From positions 27,854-91,853 of the forward strand of contig CAZSTB010000001.1 in assembly GCA_964609855.1 (NCBI GenBank): 64,000 nucleotides of DNA. The letters run 5' to 3'. Each line of letters starts with the position of its first letter. Positions within the stretch are counted from its first letter, which is position 1. The DNA comes from an uncultured Bdellovibrionales bacterium. Lineage in GTDB: Bacteria > Patescibacteriota > Minisyncoccia > Moranbacterales > GWC2-37-73. This document shows positions 20,999-31,046 of the stretch, piece after piece. The position numbers were made by a program, and so were the translations under genes. The notes under the pieces are model-generated. The model saw only the letters and a list, made by a program, of their open reading frames with translations. It was not told where the DNA came from and did no database searches.

Positions 20999-21949
20999 AT
21001 GAAAAAAGTAATGATTCTTTTTGGAAGAAGTGATTGGAATAAGGCAAAGCCTTTCGCTAATCCTGAATATCAGTATTCTTATGAATATTTTTATGATCTT
21101 TGCAAACACAACGACATCCAGATGTATCGCGCGTCATATGAGTGGTATGACTATGAGAAAAATATTTTCACCCATGCTTGGATGTATGAAAGTGAGGGAG
21201 GGAATTGGAAGAAAGTTTCCAATATTGAACCTGATTTAGTTTACGATAAGACTAAAGCGCGCATGGAAGTCTATTACAAGAAAGAGCTTATTGGAAAAAG
21301 ATATCCATTTGTAAACGATTTGAATTTTACGAAAATAATTGACGATAAATTCGTTACAAGCCTGCTTTTTTCGCAGTGGTCAAAAAAAAGTTGGCTTTTT
21401 AAGAACAAGCAAGAACTTGATAGTATTTTGCCCGAGCTTAAAACTTCAAAAGTAGTCATTAAGCCCGTCAGCGAAAGTGGCGGCAAGGGTGTTTATATTC
21501 TTGATAAAGATGATGCTAAAAATTTGGAACTTAGCGGCGAAAATATTGCACAGGAGTTTATTGATTCATCCAAAGGAGTTCCAGGTGTCAGCAGTGGTAT
21601 GCACGATCTGAGGTTAGTTTTTGTGAACAATGAAATAATGTACGCCTATATTCGTCAGCCCCAAGAGGGAAGTTATTTGGCAAACTTGGCGCAAGGCGGT
21701 TCACTGATAATTGTTCCCATTGAAAATTTACCGGCCTCTTTGAATCCAGTCCTCGCTTATACGAAAGAAATATTTGCCACGTTTACAAATAAAATATACG
21801 CAATCGATTTCATGTTTGATGAAGAGGGAACTCCTTGGATTGTGGAACTCAATTCGATGCCGGGACTTTATTTTACGCCGGAAGAAAAACCGCACATGTT
21901 GAAAATGTATCAGAAGCTGCTCGACATGTTCAATGGAATATTGAAATAA
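20999..21949 (+). CDS. ATP-grasp domain protein
   Basis: VIKP..ESGGKGV, QEFID, HDLR, LANLAQGG, IDFM, ELNSMPG. Confidence 0.85.
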   Translation: MKKVMILFGRSDWNKAKPFANPEYQYSYEYFYDLCKHNDIQMYRASYEWYDYEKNIFTHAWMYESEGGNWKKVSNIEPDLVYDKTKARMEVYYKKELIGKRYPFVNDLNFTKIIDDKFVTSLLFSQWSKKSWLFKNKQELDSILPELKTSKVVIKPVSESGGKGVYILDKDDAKNLELSGENIAQEFIDSSKGVPGVSSGMHDLRLVFVNNEIMYAYIRQPQEGSYLANLAQGGSLIIVPIENLPASLNPVLAYTKEIFATFTNKIYAIDFMFDEEGTPWIVELNSMPGLYFTPEEKPHMLKMYQKLLDMFNGILK

Positions 21950-21954
21950 CTTTT

Positions 21955-21980
21955 AAAAAACAGGCAATGCCTGTTTTTTT
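21955..21980 (+). terminator. Intrinsic terminator
   Basis: AAAAAACAGGC-aat-GCCTGTTTTTTT after the ATP-grasp cluster. Confidence 0.75.
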
Positions 21981-22150
21981 CATGGTATAGTACGAGTTTT
22001 GTGCTATAATTACAAGCATATAAATAAATTCTTTTTAATGAGAGTTGATATTTTTAAAAGAGGAAATTTTATTTTTTACGCTTGATTAAATTGTTACTTG
22101 GTGTATAGTAGTAGCTGCTTTAAAAAATGTAATTTTTAGTTTTTTTATAT

Positions 22151-24487
22151 ATGAAACCAATCTTTGTTTCAACAAAATTTAAAAATATCTCCCGTCAAGG
22201 AAAGTGGAAACTGGCTGGAAAAATTGCGCTCTACTCATTCGGGGTCGGAATTCTTTTTGTGGTGGGTCTTTTCATTTATTTTGCAAAAGATCTTCCAAGT
22301 CCGACAGCTGTGAATAGTCGCATGGTTGCTGAGTCTACTAAAATTTATGACAGAACCGGTGAACATCTCCTTTATGATGTGCATGGCGAAGAAAAAAGAA
22401 CTATCATTGAATTCAATCAAATCCCGGATACGGTTAAATACGCAACTATTGCTTTGGAGGATCAGGAATTTTATTCTCATCATGGAATCAAGATCACTTC
22501 TATTATTCGCAGCGCACTTAAGGATATTATCAAGGGTGGAGCGAAGCAAGGAGGTTCGACTATTACGCAGCAACTTGTAAAGCAATCACTCCTGACTTCA
22601 GAAAAAACGCTGACAAGAAAAATTAAGGAAGTTATCCTTGCTATTGAAATTGAACAGCGCTATACCAAAGATGAAATCTTGGGAATGTACCTGAATCAAA
22701 TTCCTTATGGCTCTAACGCTTACGGTATCGAAGCGGCTGCCCAGACTTTTTTTAAGAAATCAGCAGGCGAACTCACATTAGCTGAAGCGGCTTTACTTTC
22801 AGCTCTTCCAAATGCCCCAACTTACTATTCTCCTTTTGGATTACATACTGATGCCTTGAAAGCTCGCCAAGAAACCGCACTCAGCCGCATGGCAAGTATC
22901 GGGTATATCACTGAAGAGCAAACAGCGGATGCGAAAAATGTTGACATTCTCGCAGGCATAAGTCCAAAAAATGACAATATTTCAGCGCCGCACTTTGTTA
23001 TGTATATCAAGGATTATCTGGTTAATAAATATGGTGAGCAATCCGTTGAGCAGGGTGGTCTAAAAGTTTATACTTCCTTGAATTGGGAAATGCAGCAAGC
23101 TGCTGAAAAAGCGGTAGCTGAAGGAGCGGAAAAAAATGCCGCAAATAAGGCTTCAAATGCCGCACTCGTAGCGATGGATCCAAAGACTGGGCAGATTTTA
23201 GCAATGGTCGGATCTAAAAATTATTTTGATAAAACCATTGATGGTCAAGTGAATGTAGCCTTGGCTAACCGTCAGCCAGGTTCTTCATTTAAGCCTTATG
23301 TTTATCTTACAGCCTTTACTAAGGGCTACACTCCTGAAACAATGCTTTTTGACGTACCGACAAGTTTTAGTACGGACGCTACTCAACAAGATTATACTCC
23401 TCAAAACTATGATGGAAGTTTTCATGGACCGTTACAAATGAAAAACGCACTTGCTATGTCATTGAATATTCCTGCCGTTAAAACTTTGTACTTAGCCGGA
23501 GTTAAGGATTCGATAAATTTGGCGAAAAGTTTGGGAATCTCAGGACTTAATCAGCCGGATAGATATGGTCTTTCGCTTGTGCTTGGTGGAGGGGAAGTGA
23601 CATTGCTTGATCATGTCAGTGCATACAGTACGTTGGCAAGTGGAGGCATGAAGCGAGATAGGGTATCAATTTTAAAAGTCGAAGACAAAAATGGAACTGT
23701 CCTGGAAAAGTATAGGGAGAGTAGTGGTGTGCGAGTAGTGGATGAGAAATACGTAGGAATGTTGGATTACATTATGTCTACGAATGATTTTCGTGCCCCT
23801 GTTTTTGGTGAAAATAATCCCTTTAAATTTACTGAGCGGGCAGTGGCTGCCAAGACAGGAACAACAAATGAATTTCGTGATGGTTGGGCGATGGGATATA
23901 CTCCCTCCATCGCGGCCGGAGTATGGGCTGGGAATAATGATAACTCTTCAATGAAAGTCGGAGCTGATGGTATTATTGTTGCGGCTCCTATATGGAGAGC
24001 ATTTATGAATTTTGCTTTAGGTAATAGCGCAGCGGATAAATTTCCTGAATATGAAAAAGAGGAGCTAGAAAAGCCGGTGCTGAATGGAGATTTTAATACT
24101 AAAGAAATTGAAGTTTGTGAAATAGATAAAGGTAAAAAGGATGGAGAATATTGTTTGGCAAATGACACCTGCCCAAGTGACGCAAAAGATAAAGTTACAT
24201 TTGGAGATGTGCATGATATTCTTTACTACGTTAACAAGGAAGATCCCAGGGGAGACCAACCAAAAGATCCAAGTGACGACCCTCAATACAAAAACTGGGA
24301 AAAAGGAGTCCAGTCTTGGCTTAAGGATAGCAAGGGTAAAAAAGAAGTTAAGGGACTTAGAAAACTTGAACCTGCTCCAACTGATGAATGTAAATCTGAT
24401 TACTTTTCAGCGAATGATAAGCCAAAGGAAGAGCCAAAACCAGAGCCTGCCCCTGTTGTAACTCCCGTTGCAACTCCGGTTCTGTAG
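22151..24487 (+). CDS. Class A penicillin-binding protein (PBP1A family)
   Basis: Transglycosylase EDQEFY..HG, GGSTITQQL, RKIKE; transpeptidase SSFK, SLN, KTGT. Confidence 0.95.
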   Translation: MKPIFVSTKFKNISRQGKWKLAGKIALYSFGVGILFVVGLFIYFAKDLPSPTAVNSRMVAESTKIYDRTGEHLLYDVHGEEKRTIIEFNQIPDTVKYATIALEDQEFYSHHGIKITSIIRSALKDIIKGGAKQGGSTITQQLVKQSLLTSEKTLTRKIKEVILAIEIEQRYTKDEILGMYLNQIPYGSNAYGIEAAAQTFFKKSAGELTLAEAALLSALPNAPTYYSPFGLHTDALKARQETALSRMASIGYITEEQTADAKNVDILAGISPKNDNISAPHFVMYIKDYLVNKYGEQSVEQGGLKVYTSLNWEMQQAAEKAVAEGAEKNAANKASNAALVAMDPKTGQILAMVGSKNYFDKTIDGQVNVALANRQPGSSFKPYVYLTAFTKGYTPETMLFDVPTSFSTDATQQDYTPQNYDGSFHGPLQMKNALAMSLNIPAVKTLYLAGVKDSINLAKSLGISGLNQPDRYGLSLVLGGGEVTLLDHVSAYSTLASGGMKRDRVSILKVEDKNGTVLEKYRESSGVRVVDEKYVGMLDYIMSTNDFRAPVFGENNPFKFTERAVAAKTGTTNEFRDGWAMGYTPSIAAGVWAGNNDNSSMKVGADGIIVAAPIWRAFMNFALGNSAADKFPEYEKEELEKPVLNGDFNTKEIEVCEIDKGKKDGEYCLANDTCPSDAKDKVTFGDVHDILYYVNKEDPRGDQPKDPSDDPQYKNWEKGVQSWLKDSKGKKEVKGLRKLEPAPTDECKSDYFSANDKPKEEPKPEPAPVVTPVATPVL

Positions 24488-24510
24488 CTAATATTAAACG
24501 TAAAATATAA

Positions 24511-25083
24511 ATGATAGCGAAAATAAAAGGCAACCTTGAATATCTGCGAGATTCCTATGTGGTAGTGGATGTGAATGGAGTTGGATATAAAGTTTTCATA
24601 ACCATGCATACTTTCGGTGTAGTTGCAGGGAGGAAAGAAATTGAACTGTATACTCATACATATGTTCGAGAAGACACTTTAGCTCTGTATGGATTTCTAG
24701 AAATCGATGAGCTTGAAATGTTTGAACTACTGATTTCTATTTCCGGAATAGGACCGAAAGCAGCACTGGGAATCCTCACGATTGCCAATCCAGACACCGT
24801 TAGAATGGCTGTGCTGAATGAAGACCCGTCTATTCTTACACGTGTTTCCGGTGTGGGTAAAAAAATTGCTGAGCGCGTAATTTTGGAGCTTAGAAATAAA
24901 ATTACCGAAATTCCGGAAAGACAGAAAGCTCAAATTTCTGCTGACAGCGATTCACTGGAGGCTTTAGTTGCGATGGGATATTCAATTTCGGATGCCAGAG
25001 AGACTCTTAAGTTAATTCCTTCTGAAATAAAAGATGTTGCAGAAAGAGTAAAATTAGCATTAAAAAATTTAGGAAAAAAATAA
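24511..25083 (+). CDS. ruvA: Holliday junction branch migration protein RuvA
   Basis: VNGVGY, VRED..LYGF, SGIGPK, GVGKK.AERV. Confidence 0.97.
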   Translation: MIAKIKGNLEYLRDSYVVVDVNGVGYKVFITMHTFGVVAGRKEIELYTHTYVREDTLALYGFLEIDELEMFELLISISGIGPKAALGILTIANPDTVRMAVLNEDPSILTRVSGVGKKIAERVILELRNKITEIPERQKAQISADSDSLEALVAMGYSISDARETLKLIPSEIKDVAERVKLALKNLGKK

Positions 25084-25163
25084 TAACTGCCGGTTTTTTT
25101 GCTAAAATTTTCATAAAAAAAATTAGAATGGTATAATATGACCATAAGACTTCAATATTCTTT

Positions 25164-26426
25164 ATGAAAATAAAAATAAAAAATCAACACACGAAAAGAG
25201 GCTCAATACTTGCATATTCTTTGATAATACTTTTTGCAATGATTGCAATTGTTACTTCAATGTCTGCAACGACGCTTTTGGAAAAGAAGAGTTCAAATTC
25301 TACGGAATTTTCCGTGCAATCATTCCAGGTTGCTGATAGTGGTGCTCAGCTAGCGCTAAAAAAAATAAACAACGGACTTGGCAAAGCTATAAATGTTTCT
25401 TTTACTTGTGATGCCAGTGGGGACGTCTTGAATAATTTGGATGGCGGATTGGGAAAGTATGATCTCTCATTTTATTCTGATTCTGCAGGAACGATAAAAA
25501 TTACTGATTGCTCCAAGATGGTTTCTGAAATTTCCAGTATTAAATCGGTCGGATCTTTTAGGGGTACAATCAGGGCTGTAAATGTCGCAGTCTCGGCTCA
25601 ATCTTTGCCGACACTATATGTAACTGATTATTCCTCAGCAACTGGAAATATCAACATCTTGGATCTTACAAATCCTTTGGCACCTTCGCTAGCTGGAATA
25701 TTTACCGGGGGAACAGCAGATCCTTATCATATGGTAGTTTCTGGTAGGTTTGCATATGTGGCAACTTATACTCAGAATAAAATTGAAATTTTAGATCTTA
25801 GGAATAGCTTTGTTCCTACAAAAATAGAGGAAGTTGCAACAGTAAAAACCACACCTGTTGGACTTGCGATTTATGACAAATACCTATATGTTTCATATTT
25901 TAGTGAAGCCCAAATTGGAATATACAGTATCAATGAAAATACTGGAGCACTCAACCTCGAACTGGCTTCTTTCCCAGCAGGAACACGTCCCTATGGGATG
26001 GCTGTCAGCGGTAAATATCTTTATGTTGCTAATTCGGGAGATAATAATATTCAGGTGTTTGACTTGAGTAGCCCAACTAACCCCGTCTCTGTAGCTCTTG
26101 TAAATACAAATCCTAGTGGTGGTCCCACCGGATTATCGGCAACAGGTAATTATTTGTATGTTGCTAATCACGGATTGGATGAAGTTCAAATTATGAACAT
26201 AACTACGAAAAATAATCCTCTGCCGCTTAAAGCCTTTCCAGTAACAGGAAGTCCTTATGGGGTATTGGCTCATAATAATGTTCTTTACGTTTCCAGATTG
26301 ACGGCTGGAAAAGTGAGCATGTTTGACATCACTTCACCGGAATTGATAAATAATCCAATAGCTAAAGGTGACATCCCCGCAGCCTTAAATGGACCTTTGG
26401 GTATGGCGATATCGGTGGGAGAATAA
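25164..26426 (+). CDS. PilX-like pilin N-terminus fused to an LVIVD/YVTN-type beta-propeller
   Basis: Class III signal-like KRG|SILAYSLIILF.., ADSGAQ; repeated YLYVAN...IQVFD blades. Confidence 0.7.
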   Translation: MKIKIKNQHTKRGSILAYSLIILFAMIAIVTSMSATTLLEKKSSNSTEFSVQSFQVADSGAQLALKKINNGLGKAINVSFTCDASGDVLNNLDGGLGKYDLSFYSDSAGTIKITDCSKMVSEISSIKSVGSFRGTIRAVNVAVSAQSLPTLYVTDYSSATGNINILDLTNPLAPSLAGIFTGGTADPYHMVVSGRFAYVATYTQNKIEILDLRNSFVPTKIEEVATVKTTPVGLAIYDKYLYVSYFSEAQIGIYSINENTGALNLELASFPAGTRPYGMAVSGKYLYVANSGDNNIQVFDLSSPTNPVSVALVNTNPSGGPTGLSATGNYLYVANHGLDEVQIMNITTKNNPLPLKAFPVTGSPYGVLAHNNVLYVSRLTAGKVSMFDITSPELINNPIAKGDIPAALNGPLGMAISVGE

Positions 26427-26464
26427 TCTTAAAATTCTTTATTTTTCCATCTGATGCTGGTATA

Positions 26465-27529
26465 GTGAAAATTATGAATTCCTGCAAAAAACTAAATCAT
26501 CATAACCAGCAAGACTCCCTCGATGGAGGTTTTTTGCAATCTTCCGCGTGGCTTAAGTTTCAAGAAAGCGTTGGTAGAAAAATCTTGGAAGTCACTCTTC
26601 AAAATTCTCAAGCACAGATTTCCGAAAGTGATTCAGAATTCAAAGCTGGCCTTATTGAACATAAACTTCCAATTGTGGGAAAATATTTTTACATCCCAAG
26701 AGGTTCAATTTTCAGCGTAAATCTCATTAAATCTGGCATTCAGAAAATAATAAGTGAAGCTAAAAAAGAAAATGCCGGCTGGATAAGACTTGAGCCAGCT
26801 GATAATAAAACGCTCGAGCTCATAAGAGAGAGTTATCCGGCAAAAATAGCGCGAGCGCCGCATGACGTTCAACCTAAGGAGATATTTGTTATTGATATCT
26901 CAAAATCTCCCGAACAACTGCTTGAGGAGATGAAAAGTAAAACTCGCTATAATATTAAACTAGCTCAGAAAAGAGGTGTTATTATTCGCACAGTTTCTGA
27001 TTTTCGTTCGCAAGCTGGTGAGACATATGTGGCAGCATTTTTGGCTCTGACAAGAGAAATGGCCGCAAGACACGGAATAGCTGCACATGGCGATCAGTAT
27101 TATAGAAAGATGATTCAAGCTTTGCCAAAAGAGATGATTAGTATTTATATTGCCGAATATCAAAATAAAATTATTGCTGCAAATCTGGTTTTGTTTTATG
27201 GCAATTTCGCAACATATCTGCATGGCGCATCTGGCAACGAGCAACGGAACCTAATGGCCCCATTTTTATTGCAATGGCAGGCGATCTTGGATGCAAAAAA
27301 TAGGGGATGCGAAAAATACGATTTTGGAGGAGTGCAAACGCCAGGCGCTCAACATCAAAAGCATAGCGACTTGGTAGGAGTTACAAACTTTAAACTCGGC
27401 TTTTCTCCACTGACCAAGCCTATTGAATTTCCAGGAAGTTATGATATTATTATCAATCCTCGCGCGTATGCACTATACAGAGGGCTTCAAAAGGCAAAAT
27501 CAATGATAAAAATTTTTAAAAAAAATTAA
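26465..27529 (+). CDS. FemAB/FemX family peptidoglycan peptidyltransferase
   Basis: FLQS.AW..F, KSKTRYNI, YLHGAS, LLQW, YDFGG, FKLGF. Confidence 0.9.
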   Translation: MKIMNSCKKLNHHNQQDSLDGGFLQSSAWLKFQESVGRKILEVTLQNSQAQISESDSEFKAGLIEHKLPIVGKYFYIPRGSIFSVNLIKSGIQKIISEAKKENAGWIRLEPADNKTLELIRESYPAKIARAPHDVQPKEIFVIDISKSPEQLLEEMKSKTRYNIKLAQKRGVIIRTVSDFRSQAGETYVAAFLALTREMAARHGIAAHGDQYYRKMIQALPKEMISIYIAEYQNKIIAANLVLFYGNFATYLHGASGNEQRNLMAPFLLQWQAILDAKNRGCEKYDFGGVQTPGAQHQKHSDLVGVTNFKLGFSPLTKPIEFPGSYDIIINPRAYALYRGLQKAKSMIKIFKKN

Positions 27530-27650
27530 ATCTCAATTCCAAAATCTAAATGACAAATAAATGACTCAATGATAAAATATCAAACGTATCATTTTTAGAT
27601 TTTAGATTTAGGATTTTATTGGATATTTGAAATTGAGATTTTGGATTTAT
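27526..27650. repeat. Inverted array of degenerate heptamer repeats between the fem and murE genes
   Basis: aaatctcaattccaaaatctaaa ... tttagattttagatttaggatttt ... aattgagattttggattt. Confidence 0.65.
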
Positions 27651-28943
27651 ATGTTTTATATAAAAAAATTATTCCCTCAATGGTTGAAAAACATCTATCA
27701 TCTTGCTCAAGCAATGGTGGCTAATGTTTGGTTTGGATTTCCTTCTCGTAAAATCAAAATTATCGGAGTGACCGGAACAGACGGCAAGACAACGACGGTG
27801 CAGATGATAACAGCTATTTTGGAAGAGGCTGGGAAAAAAGTTGCGACGGCATCGACGATAAATTTTAAAATTAATAGGAAAGAGGAAAAAAACTTGTCCC
27901 ACTTTACCACCTCCTCTGCTTTCGCGGTGCAAAAATTTATAGCCAAGGCTATCAGCAGTAAATGCGAATATTTGGTTTTAGAAACCTCATCCCATGCTCT
28001 CGATCAACATAGGGTTTGGGGTATTAAGTTTCAAACTGCACTTATCACTAACGTTACGCGCGAACACTTGGATTATCATAAGACAATCAAGCAATATCGC
28101 GAAGCTAAGGGGAAGCTTTTTGAAATAGTCAAAAAAAATAACGGAAAAGCTATTGTAAATCTTGACATGGAAAATCCTGAAGAATTTTTAATGCTTACTG
28201 ATGATAATTGTTATGGATACACTATCAAGAAAAATCAGGAGTCGCGATTTTCGAAGTATGAATTAAGAATCATTCAGGCTGAGGGGATTGAATTAAAAAT
28301 AACGGGTTCTAAATTTCAAGTTCAAAATTCAAGTATCGAGCTAAATATTCCAGGATTGTTTAACATTGAAAATGCGCTGGCGGCCGCTTGTGTAGGCTTG
28401 TCTGAAAGTATCAACTTGGAAGTCATTTCCAGGGCATTAAGGGGGATCAAGAGTGTGCCGGGAAGAATGGAAACAGTAAAAAATGAAAAAGGGCTCAATG
28501 TAATAGTTGACTTTGCGCTTACGCCTAACGCCCTGGATAAATTGTATGCGCATTTATTTTCAGTTAAAAAGGATGAGAATAAAATTATCGCAGTTTTTGG
28601 ATCTTGCGGCGAAAGAGATCGAGGTAAACGTCCGATTATGGGAGAAATTGTTTCAAAATATGCAGATCTAATTATTCTTACAAATGACGAGCCGTACCGC
28701 GAAAATCCCGAAAATATAATTGAAGAAATTGCAGCTGGCATTTCAAATAAAAAAGAAAATGAAACTTTTTGGAAAATTCCCGACAGACGGCAGGCTATCA
28801 GGAGAGCTCTTCAGCTCGCCTCGGCGGGAGACATCATTGTGGTTACTGGAATGGGCAATTTTGAAACCATGATCATAGGCTGCGAAAAAATTCCTTGGAG
28901 TGATAAAGGGGTAATTCAAGAGGAATTAAAAAATCTCCCTTAA
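27651..28943 (+). CDS. murE: UDP-N-acetylmuramyl-tripeptide synthetase (MurE family)
   Basis: GVTGTDGKTT, LETSSH, TNVTREHLDYH, PGRME, VFGSCGERD. Confidence 0.9.
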   Translation: MFYIKKLFPQWLKNIYHLAQAMVANVWFGFPSRKIKIIGVTGTDGKTTTVQMITAILEEAGKKVATASTINFKINRKEEKNLSHFTTSSAFAVQKFIAKAISSKCEYLVLETSSHALDQHRVWGIKFQTALITNVTREHLDYHKTIKQYREAKGKLFEIVKKNNGKAIVNLDMENPEEFLMLTDDNCYGYTIKKNQESRFSKYELRIIQAEGIELKITGSKFQVQNSSIELNIPGLFNIENALAAACVGLSESINLEVISRALRGIKSVPGRMETVKNEKGLNVIVDFALTPNALDKLYAHLFSVKKDENKIIAVFGSCGERDRGKRPIMGEIVSKYADLIILTNDEPYRENPENIIEEIAAGISNKKENETFWKIPDRRQAIRRALQLASAGDIIVVTGMGNFETMIIGCEKIPWSDKGVIQEELKNLP

Positions 28944-28960
28944 TTAAGGGAGATTTTTTA
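28927..28960. terminator. Palindromic bidirectional terminator
   Basis: taaaaaatctcccttaattaagggagatttttta between convergent genes. Confidence 0.75.
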
Positions 28961-29008
28961 ATGCTATTTTTGTTGTTGTCGAACGAGTGATGACATCAAA
29001 TAGGTTTA

Positions 29009-29030
29009 ACCTGCCTGCCGGCAGGCAGGT
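29009..29030. repeat. REP-like perfect 22-bp GC palindrome
   Basis: acctgcctgccggcaggcaggt; related element at 30951-30992. Confidence 0.75.
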
Positions 29031-29060
29031 ACCTCGGGGCTTGCCCAGGGGTCAATACTT

Positions 29061-29501
29061 TTATTTAAAAAGTTGTATAAATATCATTGTTAAAGCCAAG
29101 CCTGCACTAGCGCCAACAACTACTTCACTGACCTTGTGACCCATTCTCTCTTTTAAACGAGGAAACTGCTTTTCATTTATATTTAGTTGACCGATGAGCA
29201 TGTTGAGATATTTACCCTGATCTCCAAGTGTCATTCTTAGTCTGGTAGCATCGTCAATGATCAAGAACGCAAGTGCGGTTGCAACTGCGAATGAACCGGT
29301 GTGAATACCCTCATAAAAACCTATGCTTGTTAGCAGCGAAACAGCAAATGCTGTATGCGCCGAAGGCATGTGTCCGTGAGTGAAAGCATAGCGAATATCC
29401 CAACCATGCTTCATGCTGTAGAGAACAAATTTTATTCCCTGCACAATGATACCGACAAATATCGGAATTAAGAACACGGCGTAAGGGGCAATATTTTTCA
29501 T
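29061..29501 (-). CDS. Divergent PAP2 family (DUF212) membrane protein
   Basis: GHMPSAHTA, DA.RLR, E.MGH...EVVVG. Confidence 0.85.
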   Translation of the reverse strand: MKNIAPYAVFLIPIFVGIIVQGIKFVLYSMKHGWDIRYAFTHGHMPSAHTAFAVSLLTSIGFYEGIHTGSFAVATALAFLIIDDATRLRMTLGDQGKYLNMLIGQLNINEKQFPRLKERMGHKVSEVVVGASAGLALTMIFIQLFK

Positions 29502-29697
29502 TTGTTTTGCGTATTATTGTTTAATGCTTACATTATAGCATAAAATGCATTGTTTCTCTTGGAATAAAATAAGTGAAGCATGGATTTGCATGAATTAATT
29601 TGAACAAGGAGCGTTTTTTATGTATAATAAATAAAGGTAATTTAAATTATCTGCGGATCGCAGTAAAATCGTTTACGGCGCTTGAGCGGAAAAAAAT

Positions 29698-30240
29698 ATG
29701 TTCATAGGAATAATTGTGGTAGGCGTTTTAGCGCTATTGTTTATTGGAATGTACAATGGATTGGTAACCTCAAAAAATCGTGTTGATGAGGCATGGAGCG
29801 ACATCGATGTTCAGCTAAAAAGGAGGTATGATTTGATTCCTAATCTTATAAATACTGTAAAGGGGTACGCTACGCATGAAAAAAATTTACTGGAGGAAAT
29901 AACAGCTGCCAGAACAGCTGCAATGGGCGCGCAGTCTCCTGGTCAAAAGGAGCAGGCAGAAAACATGCTCAGTGGAACATTGAAATCATTGTTTGCAGTC
30001 AGTGAAAATTATCCAGATTTGAAAGCTAATCAGAATTTTTTAGAGCTTCAAAGAGAACTTGCTGACACTGAGGATAAGATTCAATCATCCAGGCGCTTTT
30101 ATAATGGAAATGTTAGGGACTTCAATACTAAAATTGAAACTTTTCCAACAAATATTTTCGCCAAGATGTTAAATTTTACAAAAAGAGCTTTTTTTGCTGC
30201 TGATGAAGTCGAAAAAGAGAATGTAAACGTGCAATTCTAA
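29698..30240 (+). CDS. lemA: LemA family protein
   Basis: AWSDIDVQLKRRYDLIPNL, ENYPDLKA, RRFYN. Confidence 0.95.
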   Translation: MFIGIIVVGVLALLFIGMYNGLVTSKNRVDEAWSDIDVQLKRRYDLIPNLINTVKGYATHEKNLLEEITAARTAAMGAQSPGQKEQAENMLSGTLKSLFAVSENYPDLKANQNFLELQRELADTEDKIQSSRRFYNGNVRDFNTKIETFPTNIFAKMLNFTKRAFFAADEVEKENVNVQF

Positions 30241-30251
30241 GCTCCTATCTC

Positions 30252-30911
30252 ATGCTTGAACACAATGAGTCAAAAACTGGTGTAAATATCATTACTGCGG
30301 CGGTTATTACGTTAACCGGGCTGATTGTTTTAGCTGTAACATATTCCGTCTATATTTTTATAGATCTTACACATGTCTCAACTGCTGCCAATGTGCATGT
30401 TACGAAGAATTTGTTTTTGGCTGGTAAGCGAGCGCAAGGAAAACTGTATAGCAATGAAAGCAAGGGAATATCTGACTGGGTTGTTTATAGTGATAAAAAT
30501 ATTGGGTTTGAATTAAAATATCCAAATGAATTTAGGTTCCAAGACAGTGCTGATTGCGGGCATTTGTTGATTATAAAAAAATTTAACAAAGTTTCTGGAA
30601 ATGGCAGTGATTCTCTTTCCATGGCTATTTATTTGGATATAAGGGATATTCCAGACAATCAATCCTTAAGGCAGACACTGGAAAAGGCTGGAGTAGCTTG
30701 GAATGAGTCATGGAGACAGCAAGAGTTTGGTGGTAGGGCAGGAATTAGAACTGGAGAAAGAACTGATAGTTCTGGTGTAATAAAAGATACAGTGTATTGG
30801 CAATTTAATGGCAAAGTTTTTTCTTTGGAGGGGGATTTTTATAATATGAAATCGGCTGAGAATGAAAAAATATTTGATGAAATTTTATCTGAATTCAAAT
30901 TTATTATCTAG
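30252..30911 (+). CDS. Membrane-anchored hypothetical protein (PsbP-like)
   Basis: Single TM; W..Y.D...GFELKYP and FDEILSEFKF motifs. Confidence 0.6.
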   Translation: MLEHNESKTGVNIITAAVITLTGLIVLAVTYSVYIFIDLTHVSTAANVHVTKNLFLAGKRAQGKLYSNESKGISDWVVYSDKNIGFELKYPNEFRFQDSADCGHLLIIKKFNKVSGNGSDSLSMAIYLDIRDIPDNQSLRQTLEKAGVAWNESWRQQEFGGRAGIRTGERTDSSGVIKDTVYWQFNGKVFSLEGDFYNMKSAENEKIFDEILSEFKFII

Positions 30912-31046
30912 CGAAGTCGAGAGCAAATTGAAAAGTACTCTTTTCAATTTACCTGCCCACTGCCGATCTATCGGTAGGTAGGGCAGACAGGTCTTAGAGG
31001 CTTATTCGCGCTTGTCCTGAAGCATTAATCCTTTTATTTGATAGCT

